This document shows positions 38,161 to 47,107 of a stretch of 64,000 bases of DNA, piece after piece. Position numbers and translations under genes: made by a program. Where the stretch lies: positions 128,001 to 192,000 of the forward strand of contig CAXXTH010000011.1 of the NCBI GenBank assembly GCA_963668025.2. The letters are read 5' to 3'. Positions within the stretch are counted from its first letter, which is position 1, and each line of letters begins with the position of its first letter. This DNA is from Candidatus Hydrogenedentota bacterium (GTDB lineage: Bacteria > Hydrogenedentota > Hydrogenedentia > Hydrogenedentales > SLHB01). The notes beneath the pieces were generated by a model. That model was given only the letters and a program-made list of their open reading frames with translations. It searched no databases and was not told the origin of the DNA.

Positions 38161-39045
38161 CTACGCTACCGGATTGCGCAACGCGCCGATCTGCGGGATC
38201 GCCACCTCGACCACATCTCCAGGATGGATAGGCGAAATGCCTTCCGGCGTGCCCGTAGCAATAACATCGCCAGGCGCAAGCGTCATATAGCGCGTAATAA
38301 AAGCGATCAACGCGGGAATATTGTATAGAAACATCCGCGTATTGCTCTTTTGGCGGGTCTGGCCGTTCACCTTCACCTCGATATCAACTTCCACCGGCCA
38401 CGGCATTTCATCGGGCAGCGCCACTACCGGCCCCATGGGGCAAAACGTATCGAAACTCTTCGAGCGAAACCAAGGCCACCCTCTGGCTATATCCGCCTTT
38501 TGCAGATCGCGCGCCGTCACATCGTTCACCAGCGTATATCCCGCGATATACTCTTGCGCTTCTTCGGGCAACACATCCTTCGCGTTCCGGCCAATGATCA
38601 CGCCCAATTCGCCCTCATGGTCCACGCGCCCATCTTCCGGGCGCACCAAAATCGGCTCGCCATCAGCGATGCACGCCGTCGTGGCCTTCGAGAAGATAAT
38701 CGGCTCCTCGGGCGGCGTAGCGCCGGTTTCTTTCGCGTGGGCGGCGTAATTCCGTCCTATGCACACGATCTTGCCGGGCCTCAACGGCAACAAGAATTGG
38801 CTGGGCGGCGCATCGAGCGCATGCGCTTCTAGCGAACCGCCAAGAGCATCCACAACGCTATTCAAAAAAACCGGGGCGGCCCAGCCTTCCGACAGCAAGG
38901 ATTCGACTGAAGTGACCGGCGGGCGGCCTGTTTCTCCCTTCAGTGTTTGCCAAGCTCCTAATGCAGAAGTCAGATTATACCACCGGCTGGCCGTTTCCAG
39001 CCCCAAAAACACGCCGTTATTGCCTGATATGACTCCGAGTTTCAT
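38161..39045 (-). CDS. Fumarylacetoacetate hydrolase family protein
   Basis: CIGRNYAAH, DHEGEL, NDVTARD, KSFDTFCPMGP and GDVIATGTP motifs. Confidence 0.93.
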   Translation of the reverse strand: MKLGVISGNNGVFLGLETASRWYNLTSALGAWQTLKGETGRPPVTSVESLLSEGWAAPVFLNSVVDALGGSLEAHALDAPPSQFLLPLRPGKIVCIGRNYAAHAKETGATPPEEPIIFSKATTACIADGEPILVRPEDGRVDHEGELGVIIGRNAKDVLPEEAQEYIAGYTLVNDVTARDLQKADIARGWPWFRSKSFDTFCPMGPVVALPDEMPWPVEVDIEVKVNGQTRQKSNTRMFLYNIPALIAFITRYMTLAPGDVIATGTPEGISPIHPGDVVEVAIPQIGALRNPVA

Positions 39046-39273
39046 GCAATTGCCTCCTTATGGTTTATACGGCGCGAGTATACCAAACCCAAGCCTAAAA
39101 TCCATATGGCTATTCCGCTTAAAAGCATCTTTTTTTATCCTGCCCAAATACGAACCTCTTTCTCTTTTTGGTGTCAAATAGTATGATCTACCGGAACACC
39201 AAGTTCACTGCGCATGCCCCGAAAGGCTAAAGCGGCGTTCCCTGGCATACGCGTACGGGAAGGAGCGTTACAT

Positions 39274-40686
39274 ATGTGCAGGCATGTAATTGCGGCGGCG
39301 GTATTGGTGTTGGCCATAACGGCCGGAGCCCAGCCGCCTGTACTCGAAACCACCATTGGCCAGCAAACTGATATCGCCGTGACGGCCTACAACAACGGCA
39401 TTGCCCTGGTGCGCGATATACGCACGCTGCAAATGCCCACGGGCGAACTCGAACTCAAGTTCTCGGATGTGGCCCAGCAGATTCGCCCGGAGACCGTCGG
39501 CCTGCGTTCGCTGGCCCAGGAAGGCTCCGTGGGTATTCTTGAACAGAACTATGAGTATGATCTCATCAGCCCGGACAAGCTGATGGAAAAGTATGTGGGC
39601 AAACAAGTCACGTTGAAGAATTTTAGTACGGAAATCAACATGGACTCCGTGCAAGCGGAATTGCTCAGTGTCAATGGCGGTCCCGTTTACAAAGCCGCCG
39701 ATGGGCAAATCTATATCGGCCACCCCGGCCAGGTGGTGTTGCCTGCCATTCCCGATAATCTCATCTCCAAGCCATCGTTGATTTGGCAATTAAACAACGG
39801 CGTCCCCGCACAGACCCTCGAAGCCACCTATTTGACAAACGGCATCTCGTGGAACGCCGACTACGTCCTCACCTTAGCCAAGATCGACGCCTCTCTCGAC
39901 ATCGCCGGTTGGGTGACGCTCAACAACCAAAGCGGCGCGACTTACACCAACGCCCAGCTCAAGCTCGTGGCGGGACAAGTCAATATCGCCCCTCCTATGA
40001 ACGAAAAAGGCTTGAGTAATGTATCTTTAGGAGCTGCAATAAGAATTCGTGCCGACATGCCGCGCGAGGAAGCCTTCGCCGAATACCACCTCTACACCAT
40101 CCCGCGCCGCACGACCATCAAGGAGAACCAATCCAAGCAAGTGGCGCTCCTGAGCGGCGCGGGCGTGGCTTGTGGCAAACGCTACGAATACCGGGGCCAG
40201 GAGTATTTCTACTCCCAGCAGATACCGCCCATGCCCGAAGAAAAAGTCGATGTCTTCCTCGAATTTCAGAACAAGGAAGACAATCATCTAGGCATTCCGC
40301 TGCCCGAGGGCGTGATGCGGATCTACCAGGAAGACAGCGACGGCATGCTCCAGTTCGCGGGCGAGGACCGCATCAAACATACACCCAAAGACGAAAAGGT
40401 GAAACTCCGCATGGGCAAGGCCTTTGATGTCGTGGCGGAGCGCGTCCAGACGGACTACAAGGTCATCGCGCCGAATGTGTGGGAATCGGCCTACGCCATC
40501 ACGCTGCGAAATCATAAGGAAAGCGACATCTCGGTGGATGTGGTGGAGCCCATGCCCGGCGATTGGCGTATCTTCGAGAATTCCCAAGACTTCGTGAAAA
40601 AAGACGCCCGCACGGCCGTGTTCACGGTATCCGTGCCCAAGGATGGAGAAGTCAAAGTCGCATACCGTGTGCAAGTAACGCAATAA
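39274..40686 (+). CDS. DUF4139-domain secreted protein, copy 1
   Basis: Signal peptide; VTAYNNGIALVRD, EQNYEYDL, GWVTLNNQSG and EYHLY motifs; SD AAGGAG. Confidence 0.85.
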   Translation: MCRHVIAAAVLVLAITAGAQPPVLETTIGQQTDIAVTAYNNGIALVRDIRTLQMPTGELELKFSDVAQQIRPETVGLRSLAQEGSVGILEQNYEYDLISPDKLMEKYVGKQVTLKNFSTEINMDSVQAELLSVNGGPVYKAADGQIYIGHPGQVVLPAIPDNLISKPSLIWQLNNGVPAQTLEATYLTNGISWNADYVLTLAKIDASLDIAGWVTLNNQSGATYTNAQLKLVAGQVNIAPPMNEKGLSNVSLGAAIRIRADMPREEAFAEYHLYTIPRRTTIKENQSKQVALLSGAGVACGKRYEYRGQEYFYSQQIPPMPEEKVDVFLEFQNKEDNHLGIPLPEGVMRIYQEDSDGMLQFAGEDRIKHTPKDEKVKLRMGKAFDVVAERVQTDYKVIAPNVWESAYAITLRNHKESDISVDVVEPMPGDWRIFENSQDFVKKDARTAVFTVSVPKDGEVKVAYRVQVTQ

Positions 40687-40741
40687 ACGATATCTAGGGT
40701 CCACGAGTTTAAAAATACGCAACTATGAAGGAGTTAGGGAA

Positions 40742-42232
40742 ATGATGAAGTATATGCTTGCAGCAATAGTATCGGCGTTGGGCATTTCGGCGTTGGCCCA
40801 GCCTCCGACACTAGAAACGACTATCGGTCAGCAGACGGATATCGCCGTGACGGCCTACAACAACGGCATCGCCCTCGTGCGGGATGTACGGACCCTTCAA
40901 ATGCCCACGGGGGAACTCCAACTGAAATTCTCGGACGTGGCCCAGCAGATTCGCCCTGAGACCGTCGGCCTGCGTTCCCTAGCCCAGGAAGGTTCCGTGG
41001 GTATTCTCGAACAGAACTACGAGTACGACCTGATCAGCCCAGAGAAACTGATGGAAAAGTATGTAGGTAAACAAGTCACGTTGAAGAACTTCAGCACGGA
41101 GGTCAATATGGACTCCATGCAGGCCGAACTGCTCAGCGTCAACGGCGGGCCGGTCTACAAAGGCGCGGATGGGCAAATATACATCGGGCACCCTGGCCAG
41201 GTCGTTTTGCCTGCCATTCCCGATAACCTTATCTCCAAGCCATCGTTAATCTGGCAGTTGAACAACGCCGCCGCCGCGCAGACCCTTGAAGCCACCTACC
41301 TGACCAACGGCGTCTCGTGGAGCGCCGATTACGTGCTCACCTTGGCCAAAACAGACGCCTCGCTCGATATCGCCGGGTGGGTGACGCTCAACAACCAAAG
41401 CGGCGCAACCTACAAAAACGCCCAGCTCAAGCTCGTGGCGGGCCAAGTCAATGTAGCTCCGCAGGTGGAAGCAGCAAGAGATATGGGAATGGTAGGCATG
41501 GGAGGCGGTATGGCTATGGCCGCGCCGATGCCGAAAGAAGAGGCTTTTGCGGAATACCATCTCTACACGATCCCGCGCCGCACGACCATCAAGGAGAACC
41601 AATCCAAGCAAGTGGCGCTCTTGAGCGGAGCAGGCGTGGCCTGCGGCAAACGCTATGAATACCGGGGCCAGGAGTATTTCTACTCCCAGCAGATTCCGCC
41701 CATGCCCGAAGAAAAAGTCGATGTTTTCCTCGAATTCCAGAACAAGGAAGACAATCATCTGGGCATCCCACTGCCCGAAGGCGTGATGCGGATTTACCAG
41801 GAGGACAGTGACGGCATGCTCCAGTTCGCGGGCGAGGACCGTATTAAGCATACGCCCAAGGACGAAAAAGTGAAGCTCCGCATGGGCCAAGCCTTCGATG
41901 TGGTGGCGGAGCGCGTCCAGACGGACTATAAAGTCATCGCACCGAATGTGTGGGAATCGGCCTACGCCATCACGTTGCGCAACCACAAGGAAAGCGATGT
42001 TACGGTGGACGTGGTGGAGCCCATGCCCGGCGACTGGCGCATCATCGAGAAATCCCAAGATTTCGTGAAGAAAGACGCCCGCACCGCCATATTCACTGTG
42101 CTTGTCCCAAAAGATGGGGAAGTAAAGATCACCTATCGCGTGCAGGTATCCACCGCGAATGCATTTCCAATGCCAGTAGACGCATCAGGCTCCATGGATA
42201 TGAGTGTATCTGAAGCTCCGGCGATTAACTAA
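40742..42232 (+). CDS. DUF4139-domain secreted protein, copy 2 (tandem paralogue)
   Basis: Near-identical to the upstream protein. Confidence 0.85.
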   Translation: MMKYMLAAIVSALGISALAQPPTLETTIGQQTDIAVTAYNNGIALVRDVRTLQMPTGELQLKFSDVAQQIRPETVGLRSLAQEGSVGILEQNYEYDLISPEKLMEKYVGKQVTLKNFSTEVNMDSMQAELLSVNGGPVYKGADGQIYIGHPGQVVLPAIPDNLISKPSLIWQLNNAAAAQTLEATYLTNGVSWSADYVLTLAKTDASLDIAGWVTLNNQSGATYKNAQLKLVAGQVNVAPQVEAARDMGMVGMGGGMAMAAPMPKEEAFAEYHLYTIPRRTTIKENQSKQVALLSGAGVACGKRYEYRGQEYFYSQQIPPMPEEKVDVFLEFQNKEDNHLGIPLPEGVMRIYQEDSDGMLQFAGEDRIKHTPKDEKVKLRMGQAFDVVAERVQTDYKVIAPNVWESAYAITLRNHKESDVTVDVVEPMPGDWRIIEKSQDFVKKDARTAIFTVLVPKDGEVKITYRVQVSTANAFPMPVDASGSMDMSVSEAPAIN

Positions 42233-42242
42233 AAACCGCTTC

Positions 42243-42277
42243 CCGTTCTGGCGGCTTCATGGAAGCCGCCAGAACGG
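42243..42277 (+). terminator. Perfect 16-bp stem hairpin after DUF4139 copy 2
   Basis: CCGTTCTGGCGGCTTC-ATG-GAAGCCGCCAGAACGG; no clear U-tract on +, so it could be REP-like. Confidence 0.6.
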
Positions 42278-42354
42278 CCCAAAAACTGTATACATACGCA
42301 GCAAGCCAAAGAGTCCATGATAATTCTAAAATTTATCACTCTGCGCATTTTTTG

Positions 42355-42383
42355 TTGACATGCAATTGATTAGGTGATAGGCT
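42355..42383 (+). promoter_or_regulatory. Sigma70-type promoter TTGACA-N17-TAGGCT
   Basis: Perfect -35, 17-nt spacer, TAnnnT -10, upstream of the small ORF at 42448. Confidence 0.6.
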
Positions 42384-42447
42384 ACTACACATACGGAAGC
42401 CGAGATTGGATGATGAGTTGTGCCAACAAGGGAAGGAGCGTAGCGCG

Positions 42448-42597
42448 ATGAAGCATCTGAGCATGAGGAAGAGCGCCCGGCCAGCCTTGGCTGGAGATTG
42501 GTGCAACGATTGCTTTTTATGCTGGTGCATCACCAATCCAGGCAGTTCCTTTTGGGAATGCTTCTTGGCGAATATATCCGAAAAAAAATCCGTTTAA
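42448..42597 (+). CDS. 49-aa Cys/Trp-rich peptide with leader-like N-terminus
   Basis: SD AAGGAG before ATG, upstream promoter, fills an otherwise empty gap; MKHLSMRKSARPALA-GDWCNDCFLCWCITNPGSSFWECFLANISEKKSV. Confidence 0.65.
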   Translation: MKHLSMRKSARPALAGDWCNDCFLCWCITNPGSSFWECFLANISEKKSV

Positions 42598-42629
42598 GCA
42601 GAAGCAGCGCCGCATCCGCTGGCTCGCGT

Positions 42630-43469
42630 TTACGATTTCTTTTCCACAAGCGTGATCACGAAGAGGGTGGGCCAGTACTTTCCGGTGATGAGCAAACGCC
42701 CGGTTGCCGGATCATAGGTGATCCCATTCAACACATCCGCGTTGCGGGCCTCTTCACTCGAAAGAAGCCCGGATAAATCGATCCATCCGGTAACAGCGCC
42801 GGTTTGCGGGGAAATACGTGCAATGCGGTCGAGCTGCCACACATTCGCATAGATTTCGCCATTGATGTATTCCAACTCATTCAATCGCTTGACAGGGCCT
42901 ACACTATCCGAGATATCCAACGTTTTAATCGTTTTGAACGTATCCGGATCGAGAAAACGCAGCGTCGCCGTTCCATCGCTCATGATGAGATGCGTTCCAT
43001 CATACGTAATTCCCCAGCCCTCGCCGGAATAGCTCCAGCGCTGTTTCTCTTCAAAAGTGCCTTTGTCATATACAAAACCGATCCCATCTTGCCAAGTAAG
43101 CTGGAAGATGCGCCCATCTATAGCTGTTATGCCCTCCGCGAACCATTCGCTATCCAGGGCGTGCGATTGGAGCACCTTGCCCGTGGCGAGATCGACCCGC
43201 CGCAAGCTGCTGCTTCCTTTCAGCCCCGTGCTCTCATAAAGGACGCCATCCTGATATATCAGCCCTTGCGTCCATGCGGTGGAATCATGGGGATATCGGT
43301 CCATCACTTCATACGTATAAATTGGCACATCCGAAGGAAGCGGAGGCGGGCACGCACAGATAAGCGATACAAAACAAAAGGCCAGCCCCACGGCAGCCAA
43401 AACCGCTATGCGGGCAATCCACCGGCGGACAGGTTTTTTTTCACGAGATGCGGCTTGTTTGTTATTCAT
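42630..43469 (-). CDS. Glutaminyl-peptide cyclotransferase
   Basis: YPHDSTAWTQGL, ESTG, FAEG, QLTW, EGWG, LNELE and VLNGI motifs; start MNNKQ with SD GAGG. Confidence 0.93.
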   Translation of the reverse strand: MNNKQAASREKKPVRRWIARIAVLAAVGLAFCFVSLICACPPPLPSDVPIYTYEVMDRYPHDSTAWTQGLIYQDGVLYESTGLKGSSSLRRVDLATGKVLQSHALDSEWFAEGITAIDGRIFQLTWQDGIGFVYDKGTFEEKQRWSYSGEGWGITYDGTHLIMSDGTATLRFLDPDTFKTIKTLDISDSVGPVKRLNELEYINGEIYANVWQLDRIARISPQTGAVTGWIDLSGLLSSEEARNADVLNGITYDPATGRLLITGKYWPTLFVITLVEKKS

Positions 43470-43758
43470 TCGATAATCCTCTATCAGATCAATCACACGC
43501 ATTAAGAATACCCCAGCGAGGCTTTGATGCTCCAGTTCCATTTTGACAGGATGGCCCAATATCCAGTAAAGCACAATCCTTAAAAAATGGCGGCGCTTCG
43601 TTCAAAAAAACGGCGATGTTATTGAATCGTCCACCTCTTAAAATGCGCCATAAAATTTGCTTTTACATGTCTTTTGCATTTTTAGAGTTATTAAGGTATC
43701 ATGAAGTAAAGGGGGCGAAGAGTTTTATCCAGAAAAATTTTTGGATAGGAAGCGAGCC

Positions 43759-44217
43759 GTGCCCTTAAAATTGCGAATACCGCCTCATCATTTCAACATC
43801 CGGAACCAGGATGGCGTCACGCTTGTTGAAATCGTCATTGCCTCGCTTATCCTTACCGTAGGCCTTGTCGCACTGCTAAGCGCAACGGTAGACGTGGGCA
43901 AAAGCCGGGCCTTAATAGAACAAGAGGAAATGGCCTCTTCCGTGCTGGCGAGCACGGCGGAAGTGTTGCGGGGAGCGGATCTCGAACAGGCCGCTCGGGG
44001 CAACTTAATAATCCCTCAATTGTTGGGAGATTCCCAATCCATCTCATTCGCTTACCTCAATTCCGCCGGAATGCGAGTGCCTTTAGCCGCCGCGGCAGGC
44101 GAAACGTTTTCTGCACAAAACTTCCCTAATCCATTAAATGTAGAAATCATTCTTTCGTGGAGAGATGTGAGCAGCCGTCCATTAAGCCGGCGCCTCACCG
44201 TTCTTTTAGGAAGGTAG
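43759..44217 (+). CDS. Type IV pilin-like protein (PilV-like)
   Basis: Class III signal G|VTLVEIVIA; GTG start with AGGA SD (ORF open from 43741). Confidence 0.8.
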   Translation: MPLKLRIPPHHFNIRNQDGVTLVEIVIASLILTVGLVALLSATVDVGKSRALIEQEEMASSVLASTAEVLRGADLEQAARGNLIIPQLLGDSQSISFAYLNSAGMRVPLAAAAGETFSAQNFPNPLNVEIILSWRDVSSRPLSRRLTVLLGR

Positions 44218-44221
44218 CACC

Positions 44222-44791
44222 ATGAAAAAAAATGGCTTCTCCCTAGTCGAGTTAACCGTATCGATTAGCATTATGCTGATTATTTCGGCTGCCCTTTTTG
44301 GTTTTTCCATAGCGGTGGGCCAAGCTACCCGCTCCCAGCAAGCGAAAGTCACCGCCACGGACGATGCGCGCCAAGCGATATTAGTAGCGATAAGGGAAAT
44401 CCGCCAATCCGCTTTTTCTTCCATTAATTGGGGTTCGCTTCCGGCAAACACCGTGCAATACCGCATAGCGCTAGATGCCGATAACAATGGCCTTGCGGTC
44501 GATTCCCAGGTGAGGCTCGAATTGAGCGCAGTTCGGACGATAAGCCCAGATTTTGAAGATATTAACAACGATGGCATCACCGCCCGCCAGCTCATTATGA
44601 CCGATGGGCTCCAGACGCAAGTATTGTGCAACACCCTTCGCGTTTCAACAAGCGGAGCTGCCGAAGATGAAGGCGTCTGGTTTGAACAAAATGGCGCTGG
44701 ACTTCGCATCACCGTGCAAACAGAAAGCGGCAGCGTGAATGATATCCCGATGCCTTGCAGGCTGGTTGAATTCGTAATCCCGAGGAACTAA
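44222..44791 (+). CDS. Type IV pilin-like protein (PilW-like)
   Basis: MKKNG|FSLVELTVS N-methylation motif. Confidence 0.85.
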   Translation: MKKNGFSLVELTVSISIMLIISAALFGFSIAVGQATRSQQAKVTATDDARQAILVAIREIRQSAFSSINWGSLPANTVQYRIALDADNNGLAVDSQVRLELSAVRTISPDFEDINNDGITARQLIMTDGLQTQVLCNTLRVSTSGAAEDEGVWFEQNGAGLRITVQTESGSVNDIPMPCRLVEFVIPRN

Positions 44792-44794
44792 AAC

Positions 44795-46463
44795 ATGCGC
44801 CGATCTCGCCAATCCAATCAAGGAAGCGCGCTGCTGCTCGCCACCCTCTTTCTGTTTGTCGCCATTCTACTAATGAGCGCCATTGCGATGCGTGTGGTGC
44901 GTCATAAGCGGCATGTCGATGCCTATGAAGAATTCACGGAATGCTTTACGGGAGCGGAGGCAGGCATTTCCGCTGCGAAGCTGTCCATCGAGACAGGTGG
45001 CGATGGAGCAATTGGATTAGGTTCATGGACCCCCGCCGATGCGGGAGAGACGCCTTTCCCCGATCTCAATGATGAGCGGCTCACGCCTAGTGAAATTGGC
45101 CTTCCACCTATTACCCGGTATGCGGCGTACACGATTAATTGGTCGGATGATGATGTGGATAATAATGGCGATGGTGTGATTGACGGGGCAAACGAGCAAT
45201 GGACATACACCATTTATTCCGTGGCGAACTGTGGAGCCACTACGCGATGGCTGGAAACCATCTACCGCGGCATGAATGTGAACGTCTGGCAGAATGCTAT
45301 CTTTGGCGGAACCGGCCAGATAGGCGGGCTTATCAATGGCAATGTCAGCATCCATGGCTCTGTTCATTTATTAGGCAACAATATCCTCGAAGGCGGCGTA
45401 GCTGTGACGGCCCTAGACCTGAGCGGAACCAGCCTTATTCACAACAATTATACGGGCATGCCCGCTGCTCTGGCTAGCCGGGTGCCCGCCCTCCCAACAG
45501 CGTCATTTGGAGGAAAAAACGTTTATACGCTGGAAGCAAAGCTGCGCGTTAAAAATGGATTGGTGGGCCTTTCGGGCAATTCCGAAATTGGAGAGCCGGA
45601 TTCCGCCCTGAATACGATTAAAGAAACGATGGATGGCACCTATGTAAACGACGGATGGACCGGCACCGCCGTAGTGGATGATGGAAACCGGGGCGATCCA
45701 AAGTCCGTCTATAGCGATAACGGATGGGATGAAGTATACGATCTGGGAGATCGCGTTCCTTTTCCCATTCTTGATGATGACTGGCGGGATCCCGTGACAG
45801 GCGCCGGGGTGCTTTATACCACTGGCACTCGAAATTACCAGCATGATGAATACTTTACTGAAAAATTGGCTGGTGCCGCCTACACCGGAAATATGACCAT
45901 CGACACATCAACAAATTTTTACTATAACGCCACGCGCCCAGCCGACGCCGATCCCACGCACCGCACATCCACGGATGATTATGTTTACTTCAATGCCAGC
46001 ACGAATAAGATGGAGATTAATGGACAGATAGTAATCAATGGCGACCTTGAAATGAAAGGCAAGGGCAATGACACCACCATCTATTATACGGGGCGGGCCG
46101 CCTTTCTAGTGAATGGCAATGTCTCACTCGACACGAATCTGCTCACAGTGAACAGCGATGGAAGCACAGCCAACAGTTTCCCCGTGAAAAACATTATTGG
46201 AATCATGGCCCGGAATTCCATGGTGGTAGGCTCCACGGCGCAGCTCACCTTGATGGGCGCTTTTTATGCCCAAAACACGGTCAAAAGCACGAAGCAAACG
46301 ATCACGATAGGAACATTTGTATCAAATTACTTCGATATGGGCACCAACGTACCAGAGATTTATCAAGTTCCCGAATTAGCGGATAACTTGCCGCTTGGAA
46401 TGATTGGGGGACTATCCGATTCTCTGCCTTGACCAGCTCTCCTGGCGGGAAATGGGAATATGA
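44795..46463 (+). CDS. Large PilX-like minor pilin; as read it stops at 46432 because of a +1 G in the run at 46406-46410
   Basis: QG|SALLLATL (no Glu5) and AEAG motif; removing one G gives ...GDYPILCLDQLSWREMGI* with ATGA overlap to the next gene. Confidence 0.82.
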
Positions 46464-46996
46464 ACCGAAGATTTTTGTTCGAGTTTTTGCATGATAACTG
46501 GTATCTGGCTGCCGCATTTGTGGTGTGTGTCGTATTGGTGGTCTATAAAGCCGCCACCCCGAATCCAGAGCAGCCTCCTGCCCTTGTCGCAACACGGCAA
46601 GCCGTTTCCAACACGCGTACTTCTTCCCAAACTGAAAACACCTACGAAAACCAGATCAAAAAGGACGCGCTACAAACCATTAATGCACACCGCAAACGCC
46701 TCGACGCACAAACGAATCCAGAAGAAGCGCCTGTTCTTTTAGCTGCCATGGGAAATCTATATCGGAATAAATTGAGTGATTACAGGCAAGCCGCTTTTTG
46801 TTACGAGCGCATCATTCAAGACTATCCAGAATCTCCCCAGTGTACGGATGCCTTTCTCGGATTGGCGACATGCTATGAACAAATGGGGGAAGTCCTCAAA
46901 TGCAATGAAACCCTCTGGAAAATGATGAAAGCCTACCCAGAAACCTCTCAAGAATATGCCTATGCAAGGGCAAAACTGGAGGGCCGAACACCATAG
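46460..46996 (+). CDS. Membrane-anchored TPR protein
   Basis: N-terminal TM; TPRs AMGNLY...YERIIQDYPES...LGLATCYE. Confidence 0.8.
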   Translation: MNRRFLFEFLHDNWYLAAAFVVCVVLVVYKAATPNPEQPPALVATRQAVSNTRTSSQTENTYENQIKKDALQTINAHRKRLDAQTNPEEAPVLLAAMGNLYRNKLSDYRQAAFCYERIIQDYPESPQCTDAFLGLATCYEQMGEVLKCNETLWKMMKAYPETSQEYAYARAKLEGRTP

Positions 46997-47050
46997 TCTC
47001 TAAACTCGAGTAGATGCCCCCAAGATTCTTGACCCAAAACCCTAAACCGC

Positions 47051-47079
47051 TTGACATCTGCTTAAATTTTCAGTATACT
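47051..47079 (+). promoter_or_regulatory. Near-consensus sigma70 promoter TTGACA-N17-TATACT
   Basis: Read directly; SD AAGGAGG and ATG 47108 follow. Confidence 0.75.
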
Positions 47080-47107
47080 CCTTTTGGTAATCAAAAGGAG
47101 GCGAACC

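Noticed and set aside
39274-42232. DUF4139 duplication as a diversity-generating retroelement TR/VR pair or an assembly duplicate
   Set aside because: Differences are synonymous and not adenine-specific, and no reverse transcriptase is present; the many silent changes exclude an assembly artefact
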